Below are positions 40,544 through 50,916 of a DNA stretch of 50,916 nucleotides, piece by piece (within the stretch, counting starts at the first letter, position 1; every line of letters begins with the position of its first letter). The translations under genes were made by a program, and so were the position numbers. Where the stretch lies: positions 1 to 50,916 of the forward strand of contig JAFNAE010000003.1 in the NCBI GenBank assembly GCA_017860005.1. Direction: 5' to 3'. The notes beneath the pieces are model-generated. The model ran no database searches and was not told the origin of the DNA. It worked only from the letters and a program-made list of their open reading frames with translations. The DNA comes from Acidobacteriota bacterium. Its GTDB lineage: Bacteria; Acidobacteriota; Thermoanaerobaculia; Multivoradales; JAGPDF01.

Positions 40544-41911
40544 CTACTGGAAGTAGTCGACGTTCAGGTTGTAGTACTTCCAGCCGTACTGCAATGCCTC
40601 CGGTCCCTCGCCGGTCGGCCACGAGCCGGTGGCGAAGAACATGCCGCCCACCGTGAACGAGCCCCGGTTGATGGCGATCGACTTCTGGGCCCGGATCGAG
40701 CCGCCCGCGGTGCGCAGCGTGAACCACACCCGGCGCGCGACGCCGTCCCACTCGTAGTGGACGTGGTAGGTGTTGCCGGGCTGGCTGGCCGGGCCCGAGT
40801 CGACCTGCGTGACGACGCCGTACTTGACCTGGAAGCGCATGACGCCGGCGCTCCTCGAGGCGATCAGGTACCCGAACAGCCCGCTCGACCAGCTCGAGCC
40901 GTTCTGGAGCCACATGTGGATGTGGGTCTTCTTGGTCGGATCCCAGTTGTGGTGGTAGACGTCGAAGTCGACGACGATCTTGCGGAACTGGCGGCCGGAG
41001 ACGCGGCCGTCCGAGAGCGACGTCTTCCAGAACTTGTTGTAGCGGGTGCACTCGAGGAACTGGCCCGGGAGGCGGAAGTTGAACTGCCCGCCGGGCGGCG
41101 GCGGCGGCGGCTCGGCACCCGGCTGCTCCAGGGTGGAGTTGGCCAGCGAGTCGGTGGCCAGGATCGGGCGCGTGTCGCCGTTGGTGGCGTTGTGGCGCAC
41201 GCCCACCACGTAGTAGGAGCGGTTGCAGGAGAACTTCGCCCAGGAGCTCGGCGGCACCTCGAGGGCGGGCGTCGTCCCGGTCGGTCCGAAGATGTCGGCG
41301 GCGACGAGCGAGGAGTAGGCCGGGATCGCGAAGGCGACGCCGGAAGCGATCATCGTGCCGCCGGCACTGTGCACGTCCATGGTGCAGGCCGCGGCGGTGG
41401 TGCCCAGGTTGAAGACGCCGAGGTCGGTGACCACGCCGCTGTTGGCCCCGCGCTCGAGCCCCTGCAGGAACGCCGCGCTGTCGGCGGGGCGCACGTTCGA
41501 CGACGAGATGGCGGGCAGGTCCACGTGCTTGAGATAGGCGCCCGGCTTCTCGTACACCAGGCGGCCGCCAACGATCAGCCCGGCGGTGCCCGGGAAGAGC
41601 TCGAGCATGCCCGCCTTGTCGACCGGCAGGGTCGCGACCGGCACGGTCGTAATCGAGGTCCCGCCCGCGGCCACGTAGAAGACCGGGAAGGGGCCCGCCG
41701 GCAGCGGGCTGCCCGAGACGTTCTGCTCGATGAAGCGGTAGCGGAGACCGGTGATGTTGACCTGGTCCTGGTTCGAGAGGACCACCTGCGTCTTGCGCAG
41801 GACTCCGTCTCGGGTCACGTTGGCGGCGGGAACGTACACGACGCCGGCCAGGGCCGGGTGCGCGGCGGCCGCCACGAGCGCGGCGACGAACGCGAAGCGA
41901 GCTGCTCTCAT
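40544..41911 (-). CDS. Secreted two-part beta-rich hypothetical protein with poly-Pro linker
   Basis: AAGGAG RBS, signal peptide MRAARFAFVAALVAAAAHPALA, PPPPPP linker, aromatic-rich C-terminal domain. Confidence 0.8.
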   Translation of the reverse strand: MRAARFAFVAALVAAAAHPALAGVVYVPAANVTRDGVLRKTQVVLSNQDQVNITGLRYRFIEQNVSGSPLPAGPFPVFYVAAGGTSITTVPVATLPVDKAGMLELFPGTAGLIVGGRLVYEKPGAYLKHVDLPAISSSNVRPADSAAFLQGLERGANSGVVTDLGVFNLGTTAAACTMDVHSAGGTMIASGVAFAIPAYSSLVAADIFGPTGTTPALEVPPSSWAKFSCNRSYYVVGVRHNATNGDTRPILATDSLANSTLEQPGAEPPPPPPGGQFNFRLPGQFLECTRYNKFWKTSLSDGRVSGRQFRKIVVDFDVYHHNWDPTKKTHIHMWLQNGSSWSSGLFGYLIASRSAGVMRFQVKYGVVTQVDSGPASQPGNTYHVHYEWDGVARRVWFTLRTAGGSIRAQKSIAINRGSFTVGGMFFATGSWPTGEGPEALQYGWKYYNLNVDYFQ

Positions 41912-41976
41912 CCGGGACTCCTTTGCTACCAAAGTTGGTGGACTGACTCCCTCGCCCCGTACGAAAAAGTCATGTA

Positions 41977-42007
41977 AGTGTAACACGAATAACCCGTTCC
42001 GAAGCAA
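41977..42007 (-). promoter_or_regulatory. Sigma70-like extended -10 promoter in an AT-rich patch
   Basis: Minus strand TTGCTT-N19-TACACT with TGn extension. Confidence 0.5.
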
Positions 42008-42100
42008 GGCCGGGTCTGTGGAGGAGGCCTCCGGGCGGGCGTGGAGGGCCTCACCGGTGGGCCGGCGACCGGCCGCCTGCTGATAGCCTCCTCGACCGCC

Positions 42101-42952
42101 ATGGCCGCGACCCGCCGCATCCGCATCGCCCACAGCCCAGATTCCGACGACGCCTTCATGTTCTACGCCCTCACCCAGGGCGTCCTCGACATCGACGGGC
42201 TCCAGATCGACCACGTGCTCTCCGACATCGAGAGCCTGAACCAGGCTGCGTTCGACGGCGCCTACGAGATCACGGCGCTCTCCTTCCACGCCTACGCCCA
42301 CCTGGCCGACCGCTACCTGCTGATGCCCTCCGGGGCGAGCTTCGGGGACGGCTACGGACCGGTCGTGATCGCCACCCGCGAGGTCGGCCGCGAGGAGCTG
42401 CCCGGCCTGACCACGGCGGTGCCGGGCGAGCTGACCACCGCCGCGCTCGCGCTCAGGCTCTGGCAGCCTGCGGCCAGGACGCGCGTCGTGCCCTTCGACA
42501 GCGTCTTCGAAGAGGTGGCGAGCGGCCGCGCCGACGCCGGCGTCGTCATCCACGAGGGGCAGCTCACCTTCGAGCGGCGCGGCTTCGTGCCGGTGGTGGA
42601 CCTCGGGGCTTGGTGGCAGCGCGAGACCGGTGGGCCGCTGCCGCTCGGTGGCAACGGCATCCGGCGCGACCTCGAGCCGGAGCTGCGCCGCCGCCTGTGC
42701 CGGCTGCTCACCGAGAGCATCGCCTACGGGCTCGAGCACCGTGCCGAGGCGCTCTCCTTCTCCTCGCGCTACGCGCGCGAGCTCGAGGGCGAGCCGGCGC
42801 TCCAGGACCGCTTCGTGGGCATGTACGTCAACGACTGGACGCGCGACTACGGCGAGGCCGGGCGCCGCGCCGTGCAGCTCCTGCTCGACCGCGGCGCGGA
42901 GGCGGGCGTGCTGCCGCGGCGGGTCACGGCGGAGTTCGAAGCCGTCGCATGA
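42101..42952 (+). CDS. mqnD: 1,4-dihydroxy-6-naphthoate synthase (futalosine pathway)
   Basis: IAHSPDSDDAFMFYAL, DIESLN, SFGDGYGP, PGELTTA, IHEGQL, LPLG, MYVN. Confidence 0.9.
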   Translation: MAATRRIRIAHSPDSDDAFMFYALTQGVLDIDGLQIDHVLSDIESLNQAAFDGAYEITALSFHAYAHLADRYLLMPSGASFGDGYGPVVIATREVGREELPGLTTAVPGELTTAALALRLWQPAARTRVVPFDSVFEEVASGRADAGVVIHEGQLTFERRGFVPVVDLGAWWQRETGGPLPLGGNGIRRDLEPELRRRLCRLLTESIAYGLEHRAEALSFSSRYARELEGEPALQDRFVGMYVNDWTRDYGEAGRRAVQLLLDRGAEAGVLPRRVTAEFEAVA

Positions 42953-43602
42953 CGGCGCCGCGCGCGGTCGTCTTCGACCTCGACGGCACGCTGGTCGACT
43001 CGCGCCACGACCTCGCCGAAGCGGTCAACCGGACCCGAGGCGAGCTCGGCCTGGCGCCGCTCGCGCTCGCCGAGGTCGTGGGCATGGTCGGGCAGGGCGC
43101 GCGCGAGCTGGTGCGCAAGGCGCTCGGCGGCGCGCCGCCGGTCGAGCTGGTCGAGCGCGCGCTGACGATCTTCCTGGCGCGCTACGAGCCGATCTGCACC
43201 GAGCGCACGCGGCCGTACCCGGGCGTCTCCGCCCTGCTCGAGGAGGAGTCCCGGCGCCGCCCGCTCGCGGTGCTCACCAACAAGCCGGAGCGGCCGACCC
43301 GCCGGATCCTCGAGCGCTTCGGCTGGACGCCCCGGTTCCGCCACGTGATCGGTGGCGACACCCTCGCCGCGCGCAAGCCGCAGCCGGACGGCCTGCTGGA
43401 GATCGCGCGCCGGCTGGGGCTCGAGCCGGCCGAGGTGGCGATGGTCGGCGACAGCGCGATCGACCTCGCGACCGCGGCGGCGGCGGGTTCGCCGTTCGTG
43501 CTCGTCGAGTGGGGGTTCCTGGGCGCGGCCGAGGGCGCGGGTCTCGGGGACGTCGCGCGCGCCGGCGACGTCGAGGCGCTGCGCCGCTGGCTGGCGGGCT
43601 GA
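42949..43602 (+). CDS. HAD-family hydrolase (phosphoglycolate phosphatase-like)
   Basis: FDLDGTLVDS, LTNK, KP.P, MVGDS..D; ATGA overlap with mqnD. Confidence 0.9.
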   Translation: MTAPRAVVFDLDGTLVDSRHDLAEAVNRTRGELGLAPLALAEVVGMVGQGARELVRKALGGAPPVELVERALTIFLARYEPICTERTRPYPGVSALLEEESRRRPLAVLTNKPERPTRRILERFGWTPRFRHVIGGDTLAARKPQPDGLLEIARRLGLEPAEVAMVGDSAIDLATAAAAGSPFVLVEWGFLGAAEGAGLGDVARAGDVEALRRWLAG

Positions 43603-43617
43603 GCGGCGGCGCGGCGA

Positions 43618-46260
43618 TCAGTAAGCGGTCAGGAAGCCCGAGACCGGGCCCGCCTGCGCGGCGCGGCGCGCGACGCAGATGTCCACGATGCCGAGCACCT
43701 GGTCGAGCACGATCTCGCCGCCGGGCAGGGCGGCCGTGCGCGGGCGGAAGAACTGGTCGGCCTCCTTGCGGTGCTCGGCGTCGCAGAAGCCGACCGCGGT
43801 GTAGGCCAGGGCGGCCGTGAACTGTGCCGGGAGCCGGGCGGCGAGATCCTCGAACGATCCCCGGGTCCAGTCGAAGAGCCGCTGTCGGCTGTCGCGCTCG
43901 GCGATCATCGTCCACAGCATCCAGCCCGCCTCGCGCAGGTCGAAGCGGCCGGATGCGAACAGCTCGAGCGCGCGGTCGACCAGCGCCGGCTCGCGGAACG
44001 AGCCGAGCGCCTCGAGCAGGCTGCGCCGGGCGCGCGCGTCCTGCTCGCGCCCCGCGGCGTCGAGCAGCCGGTCGAAGAGCGGCCCGTCGCCGTGGCGGGC
44101 GGCCACCTTCAGGTAGGCGGCGACGAGGTCGGGGGCCAGGGCCGCACGGTCCGCCAGCCAGCGCTCGACGCGCAATCGGACCGCGGCCGCGAGCTCGGCG
44201 TCCTCGCCCGGCCCGGTGAGCAGCGCCACCAGGCCCGGGCGCAGCAAGGCGTCGTCGCCGGGCTCGCCCGGGCGCGAATCGACGCCGAGCGCCTCGAGTC
44301 GGGCGCCGAAGACGGCGGCCAGGAAGCGCCGGTAGTGCGGGCGCGCGGCGTCGGAGACCAGGTGGTCGTCGATCGACTTGGCGATCTCGATCGCCGACTC
44401 GACGACGCGCCGGTGGGGGCTCGCAGCGAAGCGCGGCAGGAGGCCGAGGACGGCTTCGGGCGGGAGCTCGCCGGCGGCGAACAGGCGCGCCGCGTCCTCG
44501 AGCAGCGCGATCTGCTCGCCCGCGTCGAGCCGGTCGGCGTGCTCTGCGGCGCGCGCCAGCAGGTCGCCCTGGTAGGCGGAGAGGTAGTAGCCGATGCCCT
44601 CCTCGTTGCCCGCCACCCACTGCGGACAGAACGGCAGGTCGACCGTCTGCCGCTCGGCCTCGAGCAGGACGCGCACCGACTCGACGCGCGGGTCGGAGCC
44701 GATCCGGAGCCGGATCGGAATCGCCCAGCGCGCGGGCGCCTGCGCCGGCGTGCCGAGCGGCAGGTACCTGCGCTGCGCGAGCTCGAGGCGCGCCGGTCCG
44801 CCCTCGTCGCAGCGCAGTGCGAACGAGACCGTCGGGGCGCCCGGCTGGTCGAGGAAGCTGGCGAATGCGCTCGCGACCTCGGGCCCTCCCTCCTCTGCGA
44901 GCGCGGCCAGGAAGTCGGCGGAGGTGGCGTTGCCCCACGAGTGGCGCTGGAGATAGCGGCGGATGCCGGCCCGGAAGCGCTCCGGCCCCATCCAGGCCTC
45001 GAACATCTCGAGCAGCGAGGCGCCCTTGCCGTACGCGATGCCGTCGAAAGCGGTGACGATGTCGTCCTTGCTCGCGATCGGCCGGCGCACCTGGCGCGCG
45101 GAGGCGAGGCTGTCGGCGCCTACCGCGCGTCCGCGCCGCTCCGCGCGTTCCGCCGCGGAGAACCACTCCGGCTTCCACGCGGCGATCACCTTGTCCGAGA
45201 TCCAGCTCGCGAACCCCTCGTTGAGCCAGATGTCGTCCCACCAGGCCAGGGTGACCAGATCGCCGAACCAGAGGTGGGCGTTCTCGTGGCCGGCGGTCGA
45301 GGCGTAGCCGCGGCGGGGGGCGAGGGCGGCGTTCGCCGGATCGACGAGCAGGACCCGCTCGGCGTAGGTGATCAGCCCCGGGTTCTCCATCGCGCTGAAC
45401 GAGACGGTCTGCGGGATGACGAGATTGTCGAGCTTGGCGAACGGATGCGGGATCTCGAAGTAGTCCTCGAGGCGCGCGAGCAGCGCGCCGGTGGTCTCGG
45501 CGGCGTAGCCGGTCCTGCCCTCGCGGCCGCGGGGCACGACGATGCGCACCGGCGTGCGCGCGCGGCCCCAGACGCCGGCGTCGACGGCCACGAACGGTCC
45601 GACGCCGAGCGCGATCAGGTAGGAGGGCAGGGGCGGCGTCTCGGCGAACTCCACCGCCTTCATGCCTCCCTCCTCTTCGCGCTCGGCCACCACCGGCGAG
45701 TTGGAGACCGCCATGTGCTCGCGCCGCACGTGCAGGGTCAGCCGCCAGGGCGTGCGGAACGAGGGCTCGTCGAAGCAGGGGAAGGCGCGCCGGGCGTCGG
45801 TCGCCTCGAACTGGCTGTAGGCGTACCACTCGTCGCCGTCCTGCTGGCGGAAGAGGCCCTCGGTCTCGACCGGATCGAGGCGGCCGCGGTACGCGATCTC
45901 GAGCGTGGCGGCTCCGGCCGGCACCTCGCGCTCGAACTCGAAGCCGACGAAGTCCTCGCCGCCCGGCAGGACGCGCGCGGCGAAGGCCTCGCCGCCGGCG
46001 AGCAGGCGCGCCTCGCCGATCTCGAGCGCGGTGGCGTTGAGCCAGAGCCGCGCCGCCGGACGCTCGAGCACGATCTCGGCCGCGACGCGGCCGTCGAAGG
46101 TCTCGAGCTCGGGCCGGACGGTCAGGTCGACGGTCATGCGCACCGGCCGGGCACCGGCAGGCAGGCGCAGCTCGGGGGGCGCGACGGGTTCGGCGGCGAG
46201 CGGGGCGGCGAGCGCGAGCAGGGCGAGCAGCAGGACGGGGCGGTGGCGCGGCGCGGGCAC
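43618..46260 (-). CDS. M1-family aminopeptidase with ERAP1-like C-terminal domain
   Basis: SQFEATDARRAFPCFDEP, SAMENPGL, HENAHLWFGDLVT..WLNEGFA, AYGKG; signal peptide; GAGGAG RBS. Confidence 0.93.
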   Translation of the reverse strand: MPAPRHRPVLLLALLALAAPLAAEPVAPPELRLPAGARPVRMTVDLTVRPELETFDGRVAAEIVLERPAARLWLNATALEIGEARLLAGGEAFAARVLPGGEDFVGFEFEREVPAGAATLEIAYRGRLDPVETEGLFRQQDGDEWYAYSQFEATDARRAFPCFDEPSFRTPWRLTLHVRREHMAVSNSPVVAEREEEGGMKAVEFAETPPLPSYLIALGVGPFVAVDAGVWGRARTPVRIVVPRGREGRTGYAAETTGALLARLEDYFEIPHPFAKLDNLVIPQTVSFSAMENPGLITYAERVLLVDPANAALAPRRGYASTAGHENAHLWFGDLVTLAWWDDIWLNEGFASWISDKVIAAWKPEWFSAAERAERRGRAVGADSLASARQVRRPIASKDDIVTAFDGIAYGKGASLLEMFEAWMGPERFRAGIRRYLQRHSWGNATSADFLAALAEEGGPEVASAFASFLDQPGAPTVSFALRCDEGGPARLELAQRRYLPLGTPAQAPARWAIPIRLRIGSDPRVESVRVLLEAERQTVDLPFCPQWVAGNEEGIGYYLSAYQGDLLARAAEHADRLDAGEQIALLEDAARLFAAGELPPEAVLGLLPRFAASPHRRVVESAIEIAKSIDDHLVSDAARPHYRRFLAAVFGARLEALGVDSRPGEPGDDALLRPGLVALLTGPGEDAELAAAVRLRVERWLADRAALAPDLVAAYLKVAARHGDGPLFDRLLDAAGREQDARARRSLLEALGSFREPALVDRALELFASGRFDLREAGWMLWTMIAERDSRQRLFDWTRGSFEDLAARLPAQFTAALAYTAVGFCDAEHRKEADQFFRPRTAALPGGEIVLDQVLGIVDICVARRAAQAGPVSGFLTAY

Positions 46261-46313
46261 GGAGCGTCTCCTCGGGTTCGGGGCCGGCGGCGGGCCGGCG
46301 GTTCGGTCGCCGG

Positions 46314-46706
46314 TCAACGCACCGGCAGGCGGAACGGGTCGGGGAACAGCTCGCCCAGGCGCCGCTCGCGGCGCCGTCCGTCGGGGGCGGCGAGCAGGAT
46401 CGGGAGCTCGGGGCCGGCGAACTCGGCGAGCGTCTCGCGGCAGAGGCCGCAGGGCGGCGCCAGGGGATCGGCGTCGGCGACCACCGCCACCGCCGCGAGC
46501 TCGCGCGTGCCGGCGGCGAGCGCGGCGGCCACCGCCGCGCGCTCGGCGCACAGGGTCAGGCCGAAGGAGCGGTTCTCGACGTTGCAGCCGACGAACAGGC
46601 GCCCATCGGCGGTGAGCACCGCGGCCCCGACGGCGAAGCGGCTGTAGGGCGCGTAGGCCGCCTCGCGCACGCGCGCGGCCGCGGCGACCAGGGGCTCCCA
46701 GTCCAT
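46314..46706 (-). CDS. cdd: Cytidine deaminase
   Basis: AYAPYSRFAVGAA, GCNVEN, CAER, PCGLCR. Confidence 0.95.
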   Translation of the reverse strand: MDWEPLVAAAARVREAAYAPYSRFAVGAAVLTADGRLFVGCNVENRSFGLTLCAERAAVAAALAAGTRELAAVAVVADADPLAPPCGLCRETLAEFAGPELPILLAAPDGRRRERRLGELFPDPFRLPVR

Positions 46707-46777
46707 GGCCGGGCAGGCTAGCACGGGGTGCGCGCGGCGGCGACCCGGATCGCGTAGGCTCGCGCTCCGCTCCGGCG

Positions 46778-46802
46778 GGAACCCGCGCCGCGCCCGCACG
46801 TA
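46778..46802 (+). promoter_or_regulatory. ECF sigma-type promoter upstream of the PP2C gene
   Basis: GGAAC (46778-46782), 16 nt, CGTA (46799-46802). Confidence 0.6.
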
Positions 46803-46822
46803 AAGAGGACGAGGACCGGCCG

Positions 46823-49234
46823 ATGCCCAAACCCCTCCGCTCGACGCTGGTCTGGCTCGCGGTGCTGCTGGCCGGCGCCCTCGCCGTGGCCTGGGCCTTC
46901 CCGCGCGCGTTCCCGTTCACGCCCCGCGCCTGGACCGTGTCGCGCGAGGCCGCGCGGGAGATCGCGCTCGAGAACCTGCGCGCCCTGGGCCCGCTGCCGG
47001 CCGACCCCTACGTGGTGACGCGCATGGAGGACAACGCCCGGCTCGAGGTCCGCCTGCTGGAGCGGCTCGGCGCGGGCGGGCGCGGCACGGTCCTGGCCAG
47101 CGACCTGCCCGAGCGCGTCCTCGCCTGGCAGGTCACCGTCTACGGCGCGGGCGCCCACCCGCGGGACTGGAGCTACCAGGCCGAGGTCGGGCTCGACGGC
47201 CGCCTGCTCTCGATGCGGCGGGGCTTCCCGGCCAGCGAGCCGGGCGGCGCCCTGGCCGAGACGGACGCGCGCGCGCGCGCCGAGGAGTTCCTGCGCGGGC
47301 AGGGCGTCGATCTCGGTCGCTACGAACCGCCGGCGGTGCGGCGCAAGGACCTCGACAAGCGCACCGACCTCGCGGTGCGCTTCGTCGAGCGCGCGCGGGC
47401 GCTGGGGGAGCGCATCGGCTACGGGCTCGAGGTCTCCTTCGCCGGCGACGAGCTCGCCGGGTCCGCCTTCTTCGTCGACGATCCGGACGACGACCAGATC
47501 ACGGTGGCGCTCCAGCCGATCGGGCTGTTCGGTCAGGTCGCGTTCTTCTCGACCTTCCTGGCCCTGCCGCTGGTGGCGCCGCTCTTCCTCCGGCGCTACC
47601 ACCTGGGCGAGCTGGGCGTGAAGCGCGGCCTGCAGATCTTCGCCCTGTGCATGCTGCTCGGCCTCGCCTTCTTCGCCCAGGTCTCGAGGGGCTCGACCCA
47701 GGACTCGATCTGGGGCGTGCTCTCGCGCCAGCAGATGACCTGGGTGTGGGGCGCGCAGATGATGGTGATCTTCGTCGGACCGCTCGCCATCGCCTCGTTC
47801 CTCTCCTGGTCGACGGGGGAGTCGCTGTGCAGAGAGCGCTGGGGCCGCAAGCTCGCGGCGTTCGACGCGCTCTTCCAGGGCGACTGGGCGAACCGCACGG
47901 TGGCGCTCTCGTCGCTGCGCGGCTACGCAGCGGGCTTCGCGAGCGCGGCGGGCACGCTCCTGCTCGTGCTCCTCGCCCAGCGCGGGGGCGCCACGGCGCC
48001 GTTCGCCTTCCAGATGGGCCCGTTCTGGAACCACGCCCGCTTCCCGGGCATCGCCCTGGTGTTGTTCCTCATCCTGTTCGGGCTCTACACGACGCTGTTC
48101 GGGCGGCTCTTCCTGCTGCCCGCGCTGGTCCATCGACTCGGCCGCTGGGCCGGCGGGGGGCTGGCGACCCTGCTCACCAGCTTCGTCTTCTTCGCGCCGG
48201 TGATCCTGCTGCCGCTCAAGTCGGCGGCGCCGATCTGGATCGCCTACAGCGCGGTCACGGTCGTGCTCTTCCTGGCCACCGACCTGCTCACCACGATGCT
48301 GGCCGGCATCACCGGCGCGGCGGTGCTCTCCGCCTACCCGCTCGCGGTGGCGGCCTCGCCCGCGGTCCAGCTCCAGGGCTGGATCGGCCTGCTGGCCGGG
48401 GCGGTACCGATGCTGCTCACCGCCCGCCATCTCGTCTCCGAGCGCGAGTTCGTCTACCGCTACGAGGACGTGGCGCCGCACGTGCGGCGCATCGCCGAGC
48501 GCGAGCGCCAGCGCGTCGAGCTCGAGACCGCGCGCAACATCCAGAGCTCGATCCTGCCCCAGCTGCCGGAGGCCATCCACGGCGTCGAGATCGCCCACGT
48601 CTACCTGCCCGCGACCGAAGTGGGCGGGGACTTCTACGACGTGCTCGGCCTCGAGGACGGCCGGCTGGCGGTGGCGGTGGGCGACGTCGCCGGCCACGGC
48701 GTCTCCTCCGGGCTCGTGATGTCGATGGCCAAGTCGGCGCTCGCCGTCCAGGTCACCTTCGACCCCGAGGTCGAGGCGGTGTTCCGGACCCTGAACCGCA
48801 TGGTCTACCAGAGCGCACGCAAGCGCCTGCTGGCCACGCTCTGCTACGCGCTGCTCGACCCCGTCCGGCGCGAGATGAGGTTCGCCAGCGCCGGGCACCT
48901 GTTCCCGTACCGCATCCCGGGCGAGGGCCGCGTCGAGGTGCTGGAGTCGGTGGCCTACCCCCTGGGCGTGCGGCCGACCCTCGACGTCGTGCCGAGGCTG
49001 GCCCGGCTGGCGAGCGGCGACACGGTCTTCCTGTGCAGCGACGGGCTGGTCGAGGCACGCCGGGAGGGTTCCGACGAGCACTTCGGCTTCGACCGGCTCG
49101 AGCGCCTCCTCGCGGGCCTCGCCGGCCGCCCACCCCGGGCGCTGTGCGAAGCGGTGCTCGCCGAGCTCGCCGCCTTCGCAGGCGACTCGCCGCGCGAGGA
49201 CGACCTCACCCTGCTCGCGCTGCGCATCCCCTGA
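46823..49234 (+). CDS. Membrane-bound SpoIIE/RsbU-type PP2C phosphatase
   Basis: Periplasmic domain, multi-TM region, [37 protein letters not shown]. Confidence 0.9.
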   Translation: MPKPLRSTLVWLAVLLAGALAVAWAFPRAFPFTPRAWTVSREAAREIALENLRALGPLPADPYVVTRMEDNARLEVRLLERLGAGGRGTVLASDLPERVLAWQVTVYGAGAHPRDWSYQAEVGLDGRLLSMRRGFPASEPGGALAETDARARAEEFLRGQGVDLGRYEPPAVRRKDLDKRTDLAVRFVERARALGERIGYGLEVSFAGDELAGSAFFVDDPDDDQITVALQPIGLFGQVAFFSTFLALPLVAPLFLRRYHLGELGVKRGLQIFALCMLLGLAFFAQVSRGSTQDSIWGVLSRQQMTWVWGAQMMVIFVGPLAIASFLSWSTGESLCRERWGRKLAAFDALFQGDWANRTVALSSLRGYAAGFASAAGTLLLVLLAQRGGATAPFAFQMGPFWNHARFPGIALVLFLILFGLYTTLFGRLFLLPALVHRLGRWAGGGLATLLTSFVFFAPVILLPLKSAAPIWIAYSAVTVVLFLATDLLTTMLAGITGAAVLSAYPLAVAASPAVQLQGWIGLLAGAVPMLLTARHLVSEREFVYRYEDVAPHVRRIAERERQRVELETARNIQSSILPQLPEAIHGVEIAHVYLPATEVGGDFYDVLGLEDGRLAVAVGDVAGHGVSSGLVMSMAKSALAVQVTFDPEVEAVFRTLNRMVYQSARKRLLATLCYALLDPVRREMRFASAGHLFPYRIPGEGRVEVLESVAYPLGVRPTLDVVPRLARLASGDTVFLCSDGLVEARREGSDEHFGFDRLERLLAGLAGRPPRALCEAVLAELAAFAGDSPREDDLTLLALRIP

Positions 49235-49303
49235 CCGGGTCCGCGGCTGGGATAGACTCCTCGCGCCGTCGTCCGACGGCATTCCTCTCGAGGAGGAGAA
49301 CTT

Positions 49304-50472
<1,169 letters not shown>

Positions 50473-50473
<1 letters not shown>

Positions 50474-50916
50474 TGGCGATCTGGCTCAACCAGGACACGC
50501 GCCTGCTCGTGCAGGGCATCACCGGCAAGGAGGGCAAGTTCCACGCCCTCGGCTGCCGCGACTACGGCACGCAGCTGGTGGCCGGCGTGACGCCGGGCAA
50601 GGGCGGCGAGATGGTCGAGGGCATTCCGGTGTTCGACTCGGTCGCCGAGGCGCGCGCCGCGACCGGCGCCAACGCCTCGATGATCTTCGTGCCGCCGCCG
50701 TTCGCCGCCGACGCCATCCTCGAGGCCGCCGAGGCGGGCATCGAGCTGATCGTGGCCATCACCGAGGGCGTGCCGGTGGCCGACATGCTGCGCGTGGACG
50801 CCTTCCTCGCCGGGCACCCGAAGGCGCGCCTGATCGGACCCAACTGCCCGGGCATCATCACGCCCGGACAGGGCAAGATCGGCATCATGCCGGGCCACAT
50901 CCACCGCCCGGGCCGG
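50473..50916 (+). CDS. sucD: Succinyl-CoA synthetase alpha subunit (truncated by window end)
   Basis: [46 protein letters not shown]; TGATG coupling to sucC. Confidence 0.96.

Overview
Very GC-rich bacterial chromosome segment, about 44 genes, almost all coding. The C-terminal 'FADGFE..WS' tail and the style of the secreted proteins suggest Acidobacteriota, probably Thermoanaerobaculia (inference). It carries housekeeping genes (alaS, pyk, ffh-rpsP-khpA-rimM-trmD-rplS-rnhB, rarA, ddl, mqnD, cdd, sucCD), envelope functions (SLT-pgsA-MMPL unit, two GT-C-like proteins, GT2, FadL, DsbD plus thioredoxin, rhomboid, PspC), and M2, M50, M13 and M1 metallopeptidases. I found no tRNA, rRNA, CRISPR array, transposase or prophage. 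The best second-look signals are: a perfect 22-bp inverted repeat with palindromic arms centred exactly between the divergent pyk and ffh start codons; many -10 boxes directly before start codons (leaderless mRNAs); two matching GGAAC-N16-CGTA ECF-type promoters; a GT-C gene reading ~725 nt antisense through a rhomboid gene; a swivel-first aconitase-family fusion; a pseudo-protease/PP2C sensor; and a rhodanese lipoprotein with a duplicated unknown C-terminal motif. All family calls come from motif recognition by eye, not database searches.
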